From: Lama guanicoe | Lineage: Eukaryota | NCBI GenBank assembly: GCA_013239625.1 | Contig: MU053933.1 | Location: 1,614,001-1,678,000 of the forward strand | Direction of reading: 5' to 3' | Length of the DNA stretch: 64,000 nt | Part shown: piece by piece, positions 1 to 34,889 of the stretch | Position numbering within the stretch: position 1 is the stretch's first letter | How the letters are laid out: each line of letters starts with the position of its first letter | Translations under genes and position numbers: made by a program | The notes under the pieces: generated by a model | Databases searched by the model: none | Seen by the model: the letters and a program-made list of their open reading frames with translations, nothing else | Told to the model about the DNA's origin: nothing

Positions 1-37
1 TCTGCCCTTTGGTCTCCTCTCTCCCCACATGTGGATT

Positions 38-507
38 TGTTATGGAACTTGTGTTCCTGTGCCAGATGCACAGTGAGGCCCAACAAACTGAAAGGTCACA
101 GTTTGGAGCAGAAAAAGGTTTATTGCGGGGCCAAGCAAGGAGAATGGTGGCTTGCGCCCCCCACCCCAAAAGCCCCCTGAACTCCAAGGGTCTCACTGAA
201 GCATTTTTAAAGGCCATGTGAGGGGGTGCGCCCCAGGGTGTGGCATCAGCTCGTGCACAACCTCTGATAGGCTGATGCTGCAGGGTGATTAACATTATCA
301 GGCCTTAGGCACCAGGAGGTCTGGGGGCCGCATGCTCATGGTCATCAAGTAGTTAACTTCTCGCATTTGACAGCGGCTTTAGCATCTGAAAAACTCAGGA
401 AATATACATGAGATACTATTATCTGGATACTTCAGAGCGGCACTACAGCAGAGGATGGGGGGTGGTTTCTGCTCCAGGAAGGCCCCACAGGGTCCTGCTC
501 AGGTACA
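38..507 (-). mobile_element. ERV1-like solo LTR
   Basis: TG...CA ends; AATAAA on the minus strand (tttatt at about 119-124); its end GGAAGGCCCCACAGGGTCCTGCTCAG.TACA is shared with the element at 46732-47436. Confidence 0.7.
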
Positions 508-872
508 CACTGCGTGTCTGCATTGTGCATCAGCCAAACCTCCCCTACTGGTGGGAATATCTGCTCATCCATGAAGGGCAACATTCTCCCAGCACCAACA
601 AGAAACTCCTTAAGAGATAGCATTCCTTCTCCATCTCATAAGGGGGTCACAAGACCCACCAGGATGCCGCTGAGATCTGTATTATGTAAACTGTCAATAA
701 CATGTCATGTGTTCTGTCTCAAAAAACTAGTATCATTGTGCCTTGATTTCTAAAGGGCAGAGCAGTTCTCAGAGGTTTCTGAGATGCTCTTCCCAGTTTA
801 TAACCCTCAAATTTGGCTCGAATAAAATTTTCCATTTCTTTATAAGGTTGACTGATTAATTTTTCCTCTACA
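508..872 (+). mobile_element. ERV LTR, 3' portion (related to 50483-51003)
   Basis: aaatttggctcgaataaaa...ttttcctctaca resembles the reverse complement of the start of 50483-51003; AATAAA and terminal CA. Confidence 0.65.
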
Positions 873-1004
873 CACTGGTGAAGGAAAAACCAGTGTTCTC
901 CCTACTTGCTGCAAGTAATAATAAATCCTTCCTTCTCTCAGTCTTTGGCTTGGTTGCTTTTGGCTTGACGTCCACCAAGAGGCATATCCAATTTTCAGAT
1001 AGCA

Positions 1005-1145
1005 CTAATCCTATCAAATCAGAACCCCACCCTTAGAACCTCATTTAACCTTAGTTACCTCCTAAAGGCCCTGCCTCCAAATGTCATCACTTTGAGGGCT
1101 CAGGCTCCAACACGTGGATTTTGGGTGGACAAAATATTCAGGGAG
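1005..1145 (-). mobile_element. MaLR (MLT1/MST-like) LTR fragment
   Basis: cactaatcctatc...acctcatttaaccttagttacctcctaaaggccct is typical of MaLR LTRs. Confidence 0.6.
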
Positions 1146-1349
1146 AGGGAGGAACTGTAGATGACGGATCAGAGGAGGGGTGAGGTTGGCTGCTGAGAAA
1201 GGATTCCTCAGGCCCCCCTAGGAGCCAAGGGCAGCTGACCTCACAGAGCAGGAAGAAGGGGGCAGTAAGGACAGTGGCTAGTGCTGCTGGCCGCTGTGGA
1301 TTCCAGGGGCTCTCACCGGGCAACGCCGTCACCGACTCTGTAACCTCTG

Positions 1350-1490
1350 GTTTCTCTCCCTCAGTTTCCTCACCTGTGAAACAGGATGAATCTGCACGTG
1401 CAGGGTAGTCATGAAGACTACCTGTGTTAACTCGGGAAATATGCTCAGTGCACAGCAAGCACCTAAGTGTTAGCTGTTACTAACCAGCAG
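1350..1490 (+). mobile_element. MIR SINE fragment
   Basis: cctcagtttcctcacctgtgaaacagg MIR core and aagtgttagctgttacta tail. Confidence 0.65.
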
Positions 1491-2609
1491 TTGATTATTA
1501 CTGACCCCGGCACTTCCTCTTTAAAATCTGGACAGTAGGCCCTGCCCTCTTCCTCACTGTCCCAGGCACTGCATCCGCCTTCTCACCAGGCTAGAGAGGT
1601 TTAAGCCAGCTCCCCTGGGCCACCAGAGTGACGGAAGTCACCATGTCTGCAGGGAGGAAACCCTGTGGGCAGCGGGGTGAGAGTGGGAGGTGAAGCGCAG
1701 GGTCGTGACCGCAAGGCTGGGCGCCACCCGATTGGGTTTGTTCTTGCCGCAGGTTCTGAACAAGGACCCTGGGCGGGGGGTGGTGGCACCCGGCCACGGG
1801 CTGGCCTGGAACACCCTGAGGCCTGACACGTGTAGGGGTTGGGGAACTGGGCGCCTGGAGGCCCCAAGAGTTTCCGGGCTCTGCGGAAGTGTCCACTCCC
1901 CAGGCCTCTGCGGGGGTAGGTCGAGTCCCCGCTGGCCTCGTGGCCCCGCATACCCTAGGCAGGGGTGCCCCCTGAGCAAGTGAGGCATGGATCTTTCGTC
2001 CTGTGGGGCGGGCGCGGGGCTCCTGCGTCCTAGCTCTGTCCGCGCGGTGGCCGCAGGGGCAAGGGACTGCACTTGGGTTCCGAGCTCTGCAGGCCCTGGA
2101 GTGGGGACTGGGCACTGGGCGCCGCTGGGCCCTGGGGAGGGCAGTTTCGGCAACTCCCAGCCCGGCTGCCCCTCCGCTGGCACCCTTGCCCTCGCCCACT
2201 CCCGTGGCGCCGCGCCCCCACGTTTTCTCCTTGAGGATCCTTGTTGGACCCGCTCGAGGTCCCGCAGCGCCGGGGAGTGTTAGAGGCGGGGCGCAAGGCC
2301 TGGGCGGCGGACCTCCGTGGAGTGAACGAACATCTCAGTGAATCGATGAATGAAGGATGCCGACGCCGCAGTGTCCTCCCGGGTAAAACTGAAAGTGCAA
2401 CCCGGCGAATGGAGGGTGGCCACCACGTGCCAGGAGCGCAGAGTGACGCGACTGGCTCGCCTGGCGCGGGGTTGAGCTCTGCCCTTGCCCTATCCCCCCG
2501 GGGGCGGCGTGGGGGCGGAGAGGGCGGAGCCCGGGCCGATGCCCCGCCCGGCCCCGCCCCCGGCCCGCCCCCGCGCAGCGCGGGACCCGCGGTTTCCCAG
2601 CCGCGCTGA

Positions 2610-24143
<21,534 letters not shown>

Positions 24144-27100
24144 GGGCCGCGAGTCCCCGCCTCTTGTGACGCAGTGTTAGGTGTCCCCGTTTTCGTCCTT
24201 GTGAAACGTGTAACGTCTGCCTTAGAGCTGTGACCGAAACTTGATATTTTTTCTTTCGTGAGTGTCCAGCATCCACGGGTCTTAATTGTGAAAATGTGCC
24301 GGTTGTGCTTTTCAAGAGTAACTAAGTGATCACAGGTGTTTGTAGTTTGGGACCCCCAGCTCCCCGCTCCCAAGGCCCCCAGGCCCCCCGGGAAAACCAG
24401 CTCCATGTCCACGTCTCAGGGGTGTCCTCCCCGGGCTCTGGGACGGCTTGGGGTGCGTGGTAGGTCCCCGTCCCGAGTGTGGGGTCCGGGGACGCCCACG
24501 TCTGCCTCTCTGAGAGCGAGTCGGAGGTCACCCGTTCCTGTCCAGAAGGGTGATGCCAGATGTATGTCTTCTGGGTCTGGCCTGTCCTGTGTTCCTAGTC
24601 CACAACTTTTTGCCTCTTACCTCTCCACAGGGCAGGCCCCCGGGGGTTCAGATACTCCACTTTTGTCCGTGGCGTGGACAGGCTCCTGCAGCTCAGGCGC
24701 AGGCCCTGCACAGCCACTTTGGCGGGGACCTTCCCTGGACCCCCAAAATCCGCAGATCTCACGCGTGTCCGGGGACTGCCTTGTGACTCCCAGCATTTCC
24801 AGGGACCTGCTGGGCAACAGGACAGAGGCCGCTGTACGGCCGAGGGTGGCCTGTGGGAAGGTCACATCAGGCTCCTTTTGGAAAACTCACCCAGTTTCTA
24901 GGGGAACAGGTTAAGTGCTGTTTGCCCCTGACTGCTGGTGACAAATGCACTGGGTCCCCGTGTTAGTGCACAGACAGGTCCGGAGGCCGGAGGTGGCTCC
25001 TGCCCCACTGTTGGCGTGTTAACCCCACCGGCCAGTTACCTCGTCCCCTGCGTCGCTCCCGCCACAGTCCCTCGTCCTGTGCTAGCAGGTGCCAGGAAGC
25101 AAGAGGCGTGCGGGAGCCAGCCGCAGCCCCCACCCCGGGTGGGGCGGGGCTGCAGAGGAGCAGCTGTCCGTGATGCCTCAGGTGGGCTGGGGCCCCGAAG
25201 GCCACAGCATAAGCCCTGATACTGGTCCAGTTGTCTGCTGCCAGGGTGACCTCCCTGGCCCCACTTGGCCCAGAATTGTGGAGATTCCCCAGGCATGGCT
25301 GCAAGTAGGCTGAAGACTCAGCACCCGCCCCCGACTCTGGGGTTGCAGCTGTTTGCATCCCCCGGGAACCCACAGCCTGGAGGGAAATTGCAGGGTGTGG
25401 GTCCCAGGAAGGCAGGCTGTCCAAGGGCTGCCCTGGTCCGCGACCCTGGCTCTGTCCCCACAAGCAGCCCTGTCCTGGAGCCCGCACCTTCTCCTGGCTG
25501 TTCCCAGGTGTCCAGGACAAGCCCCCGCCCGGTACTGCTTTCTTCTCTTCGTTGAAAATGCCCCGAAACGAAGACGGGGCACGAGTGCCTGCGCGCGGGG
25601 CCAGGGGGCCTCAGCTCCCCGAAGTGGCCAGCGGGTCAGGGTGTCTGTGTCCGTGTCTCCTGGTCCCTGCGGGCCCCGCTGGCTGAGGAGGAGGAGGAGG
25701 AGGAGGGCCGTGGCTGGTGGAGGCGGCCTCCCCAGCAGGGCGGCCCAGGGCCAGCCGCAGTCCCCCCGGCCCTGGGCCCCCGCAGAGCCTTTAACGGACA
25801 ATGCTGTCACTGCCACGTAGCGCTGGGGAGACGGCCATCCCACCCGCCTGCGGGAAACCCTTTTTCTTTTTCTACATAAGGTTTCTCAGTTCCTTAAGTT
25901 TTATTTCAGAGGTTTGGGCCTCACGTCCGGTTGCCTCTGACTTCCCAGTGTCAGGAACGGAACGGTGAGAACCATTCCACCCGTAAAACTGGGAACTCTG
26001 GCAGGGTCTGAGGCTCGCGCTCCTGTCTCCGCTGGCTGTAAGGCCCCAGCCACGAGGGGAGGCTGTGGCCTGAGCCCTCTGTCCTAAGAGAAGGAAACGG
26101 GGCTCCTGGGAGCCTTTGCAGAGGGCAGGGCTCGGAGGGAGAACATGAGCGTCTGTGGGAAACCACGGCCGAACTCCCCGCGCGGCAGTGTCCTTCTCGT
26201 CCTGATGTTGCTCCCTGCGTATCAGCCTCGTTCTCAGGGGGACCTACTCTGTTTGTCGTGGCGACGGCAGAGGCCCCAGACTATCTCTGTTCAGAATTTC
26301 CCATCCAGAAGCTTCCCATGGCCAGTGGCAGTGGTTTTTGATAACAGTTTGGGTCCAAGTTAGAATTAACTTTTTTTTAACCCTCCATAGTTTAGTAACA
26401 TGCAGAATAATAATTTATTTTAAGATGAGAGATATATTGGCCCTGAGTCGCCTGCTTACTACCAGAGTGTAGATTTCAAATCTTATTCTGTAGTCCTTAA
26501 AGATGAATTACAAAATACAGTCCATCTTTTTTAACCAGTCTTGAATCATCGCCAAGTTCTGCAACAGTTACTGGGTTAGTCTGTGCGATCTTTTTTGCAA
26601 TACATGCTGGTAACAGCGATGCTTTGATGTCTTGTTCTTAAACTTGTTAGAGCCAGTCTTCGGGTGTGCTGGGCCTCACAGTGTTAGGCCTGGCCTGGCG
26701 GAACGGTGCTGCTGGCGTGGTGGAAGGTCCAGAGCTGGGCCCGTGGGCCGGAGCGCACTGGCTGCACCGTGATGCCTGGTCCTGCTGCGGTCACCCCGCC
26801 GTCACCACCCACAGCCGCGCAGGAGGCCCGGTGGGTGGGGGGTGGGCGGAGCCCCAGGTTTAGCAGATCTCCCAGGCTGTTCTGACGTCTCGTAGCTTTA
26901 ACCTCACACTCAGCCCTCAGCTGAAAGGCAAAAAACAGGAGGTGAGAGCAGTCGGCTGCTGGAGCTTCACACCTTCTCATGAGACCGTCTTCCTGGTGCA
27001 GCACAGCCCTGACCTCTGAGTCGGCGCCCTGCGACCACGCGGCGGGGCTGTGTGCTGTGCCGGGGCAGCCTGGAGTCCCTGCCGCCCGCCTGGCCGCAGG

Positions 27101-28096
27101 CCGCCTTCTCGCACGTCTCCGCCAGGCAGGGGTCTGCTCAGAAGCACCCCCAGCACCTGCCTGGGCCAGAAGGGGGGGTGTGTGTGAGTGGGCAGAGTGG
27201 ACTACGTGCCGACAGGGATGCTGTGAGCGTGGTCGTGGCTTTCTGAGTCGGGGTGGGAGTCACGCGGCCCCCAGGCTCAGTTCTGCCCATGAGAAGGGCA
27301 CAGCTACCGAGCCTCCGTCTCATGCACGTCCCACTGCCAGGCTGCAGGGCCTTCCCTTCTCAGCCCGTGTGGCTCTTTGCGTTGACTCGCTGGAGAGCTG
27401 GCTCCCTTGGCTGTCCAGGGAGCACATCGGGTGTGTGTGCCAAGTGGGCACTCAGAGGGACCCCTGGCTTTGGGGAGGCCTGGTCAATCTGTGTGCACGT
27501 CGTCCCCCCAGGAGACCCTCCCATGCGGTCTGCCCACGGGCGCCAGTCAGGCTGGTCTCTCGCAGGACAGTGATTGAGGGCCCGCGTGGGTGTGGCCTTG
27601 GAGCTGGTGTGCACCTGCGTGTGTCTGTGCCGCCAATGCTTTGTGACAGGTGCAGAGTTGGTAGCTGGTGGCTCTTCTGCAGCTGAGAAGTGTCATTAAT
27701 TTCCACTTGTTTTTACAGCCAGCACTGTGGTTTCAGAATCTAGCCCCACACTTCTGACCTCTGCCAGCAGGGGGCAGCGAGGGCACGGGGGAGAGGGAGG
27801 TGGGCAGGGGTCCCTGCCCCAACCCTGGTAGGTTACACACATCAGCCGCCCGCCTATGGGATGTTTTTTGGCTCATAAATCTGTGTGTCTGGTGATAGGA
27901 ACCAGGCTTTGTGGTCTGTGCCGCGCTGCCGGGGAGTGGGGCCCCTGCATGTGACCTGCCGCCAGGCATGCTGCCACGTGGCCCGAGGTCACAGTTCCTA
28001 AATTTGTGAGCTTTCCATAGCGTGTGTTTCCCTGTGGACTTCTGCAGTTCATTCTTGGTGCAGAACATTATCTGTTCTTAACGTGCAAAGATACCA

Positions 28097-28102
28097 ATTA
28101 AA
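28097..28102 (+). terminator. Candidate PDXK polyadenylation signal ATTAAA (would imply a 3' UTR of about 4 kb)
   Basis: ATTAAA in an AT-rich patch with T/GT-rich sequence downstream. I saw no earlier AATAAA after the stop codon. PDXK is known to have a long 3' UTR. Confidence 0.5.
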
Positions 28103-29959
28103 CAATGTCTTACAAAACTGCAGCTCTGCCTTTCATGCGGGGTTTATGCTCATGGCACGCTGTGCTCATTTGTTCATCTCATGAGTTACTTTAGGTCTGA
28201 CTTAGAGATTATCTTAAAACTTGGTATTAATGGAAAGTTCTTCCTGGGATTTTCTTTTTAAAAATCTGGCAAACAGGTGTTTTCAAAGCATCCTGTCGTC
28301 TGAGCAGAGCAGAGCCCAGTGCTCACAGCCGCAGACTCTGCGTCCCTCCCTGACCCCGGATGCGGATGAGCCTCGGGGAGGAGCCCCAGGCCTGAGGGTG
28401 GCGGTGAAGGAAGTTCCCGGCCTGCAGAGTCCCCCTCCGCCCCCAGCCCCCACACCAGTACGGGACCAGCTCTTCTGCTGCAGGAAACCATCCTGGAGGG
28501 ACATGCCTTTGTGAGGCCGTGGGCTGTCCCGCAAGGGCCACCCTGCACCTGGTGGAACTGGGCAGACTGGAGCGGAGGGGCGGGCACACCACTCTAGGCC
28601 TGTGTTCGGGAAGCCCCACATGGGAGCCTTGGTCCTTGTGAGTCTGAGGACACGGAACGGGGCCCCCTCCCTCGTGCGCCTCTGAGCCGATGCTGGGCCA
28701 GCGGGCTTGGACCACTGATTGCTTTCTCACCCAGGTCCCAGCTTCTGGCTCAAGGAGGGTGAGTTGGGGCGGGACAGGGGGGACAGAGAAGGGGACTCCA
28801 TGAGCCTGGCAGCAGCCCCCTAGTGCACCCCGAAAAGTGAAGAGGGGCTGGAGGCAGACCTGCAGCAAAACTCCAGCCTTAGCACATCCCCGCAGGATAC
28901 CTCGGTCTGCCGTCCTGATGGCTACAGGCGGAGATGTCAGTGTTTTGGGGGGTGGAAGTGAATCTTGCGTTGACTCCATGTAGCCCCCAAAGGACATAAA
29001 GTATGTGTAAGGTGTTTTGAATGTTTTTGGGTTTAAAGCTGCATACTTCCTAATGCAGAATTTGAGCTGGGATTTCAGCCAATGACTGCAAACCTGGATC
29101 CACAGGAGCCCTGACTCAGGCCAGACGATGCTGACCTGGTCCTTCCTGGAGATGAGCTCAGATTTTGGAGGCTTGGGGGAGAGCTGCAGCCTGGGTCCTG
29201 GCTGCGAGGGCGAGTCTGTGAGGCTCCGGGGTGCTTTCAGTAGCCCCTCGGTCTTCCAGCCCCACCCGCTGTGTGCGTGTGGACGTGTCTGCAGCCGTAA
29301 AGCCCCTCCCAGCGCCATAGAGCCGCGTCTGTCTGTGCTGGTCTCACTGACTTACCGATGATCACAAGTAAATATTTTCATGGTGACTGTGTTGCCATGT
29401 GGTGATTTCTTTTTCCCAGAGGAACTCCCTTGTTCATTATGGTGTTAGAACCTAAAGTGGTGTTACCCAGCCAACCAAGCGGTGGTCACTACTGGATTCC
29501 CTAAACATCCCTTATATGGGAAAGGGTCTGCGCTGTCCTGCCTGCTGTGGCCAGGGCCACTCTCCATCCGGCCTGCCCTGCCTTCTGCCCTGGGGGGCTT
29601 GTTTTGGGCACGCCAGGCCTGTGGGCTCCCTGCAGGACGGGCTGGGGATCAGAGGGAGTGGGGCTCCCTTTCCGGGCCCCTCTCTGCCAGATTCTGAGGA
29701 CTGGCTTTGGTCATCGACCCAGTGTCCTGCTCCTTCCGGGTTCCAGGGCCTGGGTCCCAGCTCCTTTGCTGCTCCCGCTAGCCTGGCCGGTAGCCATTCT
29801 CTCCGAGATCAGCCTGCACCTTTGTCAATCAGTCTTCCAGTCTCTCCAGGCCACGCCAGGCTCTGCGGGACAGGCAGGGAGGAGAGTGGGCGAGGACGGT
29901 GTCTGAAGTCCCTCTGATTCCACTGCTGTCCCAGCGTTGCTCAGGCCTCACCCTGAGGG

Positions 29960-30630
29960 CCAAGTCCCCTGTGGGGGCCAGAACACGCTCCCACCGACTG
30001 AGGGGCTCAGAGCAGCACAGATTCATTCTCTTATAGTCTGGAGGTCAGAAGCCTAAAAGGGGGTCGGGAACTCACGGATCTAGAGAACAAACGAATGGTT
30101 ACCCGCGGGGAGAGGGGATTGAGATGTACCAACTGTTCTGCCCGAAATAAGCTACAAGGAGACATGGTGCAGCACGGGGAATACAGCCGGTGTCTTAGGA
30201 TAATGTAAGTGGAGTTTGGCTTAAGAGCTGCGAGTCACTGTTGAGTACCTGAAACTTACGTAACGCTGCACACCAAGACCTCAGTAAAAAAAAGTGGATG
30301 GGCAGAGTGGGTCCTTCTGGGGTCTCCAGGGACAGTCTCTTCCCTGCCTTTTCCTGCTCCCAGAGGCGCCTGTGTTCCTTGGCCCACGACCCCTCCTTCC
30401 TCTTCAAAGCAGCAGTGAGGCCTCCTTGGTCTCCCTGACATGCACCCTCCTGCCTGCCTCTCATAGGGACCCTGCGATGACACTGGGCTCAGCTGGCTAC
30501 TCCGGGACCATCTCCCCATCTCAAGGCCCTTAGCTTAATTGTACATGCAAAGTCCCTTCTGCTGTGTTAGGCGACAGTCCCAGGTTCGGGCACTGGGACA
30601 CGAAGTGAGGGCGGGCTATTCAACCCCATG
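29960..30630 (-). mobile_element. MLT1 LTR interrupted by a + strand L1 3' fragment (about 30066-30293)
   Basis: MLT1 motif tctggaggtcagaagcctaaaa breaks off and resumes after an A-tailed L1 3' UTR. Confidence 0.65.
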
Positions 30631-31349
30631 GTGGGTGGGTGGAGCGAGCCCAGCCTTGGGCACCTTTCTGGATCTCCAGTGTTAAGGAGGGAGGTGCCTC
30701 TCAGGGTGCTGGGTGAGGACAGAAAAGGGCAGAGGACAGGAGAGGGAGAGAGTGTGCCAGGCAATGTGTGTCTGGCCACTGTCCTGGAGACCCACCGGGC
30801 AGCTGGGTCACACGGGGTCATCTGCAGGGCCCGCGGGGACTTCTGCATCAGCTGCTCCCTCCCACCTCCTCCAACCCTGGTCAAAGTTCACCCCGGGGGT
30901 GCATGCCCCTTTGGGCTTTTGAGGGTGGGTCCCGCTGGGTGGAACGCCAGCACTGGAGCTGCTGTGGCAGGGCCCAGGGGCAGGTCCGAGGTGCAGTTGC
31001 GGGGCTGCCAGAGGCGAGCTGGGAGCACGTGGTAGGTGGAGCCCTGAACTGCATGAGAGATTCTGCCCTCTTCCGCCTGTCAGCTACCTGGCAGGTGCCG
31101 GGCACTGCAGACACGGCGCTTGCAGTCACATCAGGGGCACAAAGGACCAGGGACCAGGGCTACCCACCAGTGTGCGGTGGGGTGCCAGCTGGAGGGCGCG
31201 TCGCCCACGCTCCTGCCGGGGCGGCACCCTTCTGCGGGTCGCAGGCAGGTGTTTCTCCAGAGCCGGCCCCGGGCGGTGAGCACGCTTGCCGGCGGATGCC
31301 GGGCGACCAGGACGGAGGTGGGCCCTCGGCGCGGCCCACTGTGCTCCTC

Positions 31350-33650
31350 GCTCGGTAAGAGAGTTCAGTGCAAGTGTTAATATTCTGTCGAATTGTCTTC
31401 CATCCTCTTCTCCCCCCTTGTAAGAGTTCTTTGTGTGTTAGAGGTGTTAACCTTTTATCCCTGCTGTGGACGCGTGTCAGCTTTTCACACGATGTTACAC
31501 ATCCAAGATGCTCGCCCAGAAGGACAGCTTGGGAGGACCTTGATCTACCCAGTCTCAAGTTAAAAGGGCCATATTTCGCTGGGTCCAAGACACCATTGAT
31601 GATAAGGCCAACCCAGTTTCAGAGATAACATAACATTGTGGGGAAGACGGTTGCATCTTAGAATTGATGAAATACGGCAACTGAGACAGCTGGAGGAACA
31701 GCCAGATGAGCAAACGCCAAAAAAGGACAGCCCCGAACAGGCCGTCTGGTGCCAGCTTGCGGGCAGCGTGGCCTGCGCGCAGGCTTTTACACACGTGGTG
31801 CTGGCAGAAGCGGGTGACTGCAGAAAATGCTCCTTGACCGTCGTCTCATCTGGGACCTGAAAAATCAGCCTCAGGTGAATTACAGACGTACCTGTGAAAG
31901 GGACGACTATAAAGCTTTTGGCAATGGTATGGGAGATTATAGTCGTGGTCTCAGAGTAAGGAGAGGTTGCTTAGTGAACACACAAGCACCGGCCGTGAAG
32001 GAAGGTGCTGATGAACACTAGCATGGTGCTCAGTTGGGATTTAGAGAGACGCACTATGCATAACGCAGAGGAACAGCAAGGGCCCACTGTGCCGCACAGG
32101 GAGCTGCACTCAGTGCCTCGTAATGGCCCCTAGTGGAAAAGAACATTGAAAGAAAAACATAAGTATATACGTGTATACATATACAAAACGGAATCACTCT
32201 GCTGAACACCAGACATTGACACAGCATTGTAAACCAACTACACTGCAATCAAAAGCACGCTTATCAGAGTCCACGTGAGAATGGATAAGCAGACGTTGGT
32301 ACAGCCGTAGACTGAAAAGCTACTCTGTTTAACAAAGAACAAACGTAACTGAAACACATAGCGACACAACGACCCTCGAGAACCTTACACTGAGCAAAAG
32401 AAGCCAGGAACACAAGTGCACCAAGGCATGATTTGAGAGCAGGCGACATTCACCCACGGGGACAGGAATGAGAAGGGCCCCCCCGGGAGGGAGAGTGGGA
32501 ACGACCAGCCGGGCACGAGGGAGCATCTGCACGTTGGTGGAGGTGTTAGCTACGTGGGTTTTTCAAAATTTGTCAAACTGAACACAGCATTTCACAGTGG
32601 GTAACCAGACCTCGAAAACTGTGCCTTAGAGAAAAAGAATAAGGTGGGGAGGGTGTAGCTCAGCGGTAGAGAGCACTAGCATGCACAAGGTCCTGGGTTC
32701 AGTCCTCAGAACCTCCATTAAACAAACAAACCAACAGACCTAATTAGCTCCCCTACAAAAAAATCGGGGAAAAAAAAAAGCAAAACCACAGAGTAGGAGG
32801 GGGTAGTTCTGACACATTAGACTGATGGGATTAGCGCCCGGAATTTAAGAAATTTCTATAAGGAAAAGGTAGACACTACCTAACAGAAAAATGAGCAAGA
32901 GGATTGAAGAGACTCTTTGTAAAAGAAGAAATTCAAACGTCCAAGAGACGCATGAAAAAACATTTAACGCTATTTGTAATCGGAGGGGTCAAACTAAAGT
33001 CAGTATTGGATTCCACCGCACACCAGACTGGCGAGGATGTAAGGCGGCAGTTCCGGTCCGATGCGGAGAGAACACACATCATTACCCCCGCTTTGGACAA
33101 CAGTTGGCGTCCTCCAGGGAAGTGGTGGATTCTTGCAGCCCTGGGCGCAGCAGTGGGATTCCCAGGAACACACCCCAGAGAACAAGAGAGATGCTCAAAC
33201 GTCCACAGCATGCTGACAATGTTGGTCCCACACTGGACATACAGCCTGTGTCCATCACCAGTAGAGTGGACACGTGCATTCAGTGAGGGGGACGCTGCCA
33301 GCCACGCTTGGCAGAGAACTGCACCCACACATGATGGTGTGGGGCCACCGCACACAGGCTGAGCCAAAAGACCACATGCGGTGCGAATCCACTGATAGAC
33401 CTCTGAAGAGGAGCCAAAGTCAATAGCATTTTTCTGGGCAAAATCAGAGAAAATTGAGGAACCAGCTGTGACAGGGGTCAGGGCAGCCGTTATCTCCAGG
33501 AAGGAAGGAACCTTCCAGAGACCCAGAAACCAGCAGTATTGTTTCTCAGCTGAAGAGATGGTTATGCCAGTGTTTGAGTCACAATGACATGTTCATCTTT
33601 TGTGCACTTTTCTGAAAGAATGTTAAAGGACCATGAAAATATATAAAGAT
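31350..33650. mobile_element. Cluster of old, degraded L1 fragments with nested younger insertions
   Basis: ORF2-like remnants (for example LKRLFVKEEIQTSKRRMKKHLTLFVIG) and L1 3' UTR-like pieces. Confidence 0.55.
32646..32779 (+). mobile_element. tRNA-derived SINE (camelid Vic-1-like)
   Basis: ggggagggtgtagctcagcggtagag (A box), gggttcagtcc (B box), A-rich tails. Confidence 0.85.
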
Positions 33651-34889
33651 TGAAGCAGAGCCAATAGGGCTGAAACTCCATCTGACCACTTCTGTGGCAG
33701 AGCCTCCAAGTGGACTCTCAACACTTGTTTTTTATCCACGTACATTTTTCAAAACGTTAGAAAGCACAGCTGTCAGACAGACAGAGAGTAAGCACGTGCC
33801 AAGGCTTTACCGCCCTCGTCACCCGGGCACCGACCGCGTGGCAAAGGCCGTTCAAGAGAGAACACGCGCCCGGGGAGTTCTGGCCAGCGGAGGGGAGGCT
33901 GGTGGACGGAGCTGCTGAGGCGCGGGTTCTGCGGGGTCGGGGCCGAGCCCGGGAGGGGGCTGATGGCAGCTGCAGGGCTTGGTGGTGTGGCGATCGGGTC
34001 CCCTCCCAGGCAGGTGTGGCTGTCCTGACCGAAAGGGGGGCGACCCACGGGAGGCCAGGAGGCACTGCCATCAGGGTCCAGCTATGACTCCGCTGGCCCC
34101 GCAGCTCTGCCTTGGAGTCCTTCCTCTGCCCGTGGTGCTCCACGCACACCTTCACAGCGACTGCTGAGCTGGGCTGACCTTGCAGGTTTGCCTGGCACCT
34201 CTGCCTTCTGTCCCTGGAGACTTTTTTAAAAGAAGATGTATATGGTGTTCGATGGATTGACTGATTGGAGGATAGTTGATAAAAATCTGCAACGCTTCAC
34301 GATTTGCGTGTCATCCTGGTACAGAGTTCACGCTGATCTTCCCCTGTCGCTCCAATTTCAGAACAGGGAAGTGAGCACATGGAGGACCTTGTTCGAGACC
34401 CATTCGGCTCAGTGTGCACAGGCTGGGGTCCTTCAGGGCCTGGCCTGTGTTCACTGCCTGGAACTTTCCAGAGGCCTCTGGGATCACAGCCACACAGCCT
34501 CATCCCATCTGGAATTCTGCCTCAGTTACGGCAGTGAAGAAGGTCCCCGTGGGGGCAGACTCGGGCTGGCCCCAGCAGCAGAGTCTCAGTCTGCGGAAGG
34601 CTAGTCCGGGCCCCTTCGGCCTTGTGGCTCTGCCTTCCCGGGACTGTGGCCCTCATCCACGTCTGTGACCTTGGAGGTGGCTAACTATCAAGTCCACACT
34701 GCAGCCTGAGTCAGGGAAGGGGGAGGGGGAGGACAGTAGGCACCCGTCCCTTTCCTGTCCCTCCCGTCCCTCCTGAAGCTTTATTGAGATAGAATTCACA
34801 CTCCACATCATTTGCCCACGGTGAGGGTAGAATTCAGGGTCTGGTTACAAAGGTCGCACCCTTGAAAAGGACGCTAAATTTAGCTTTGA

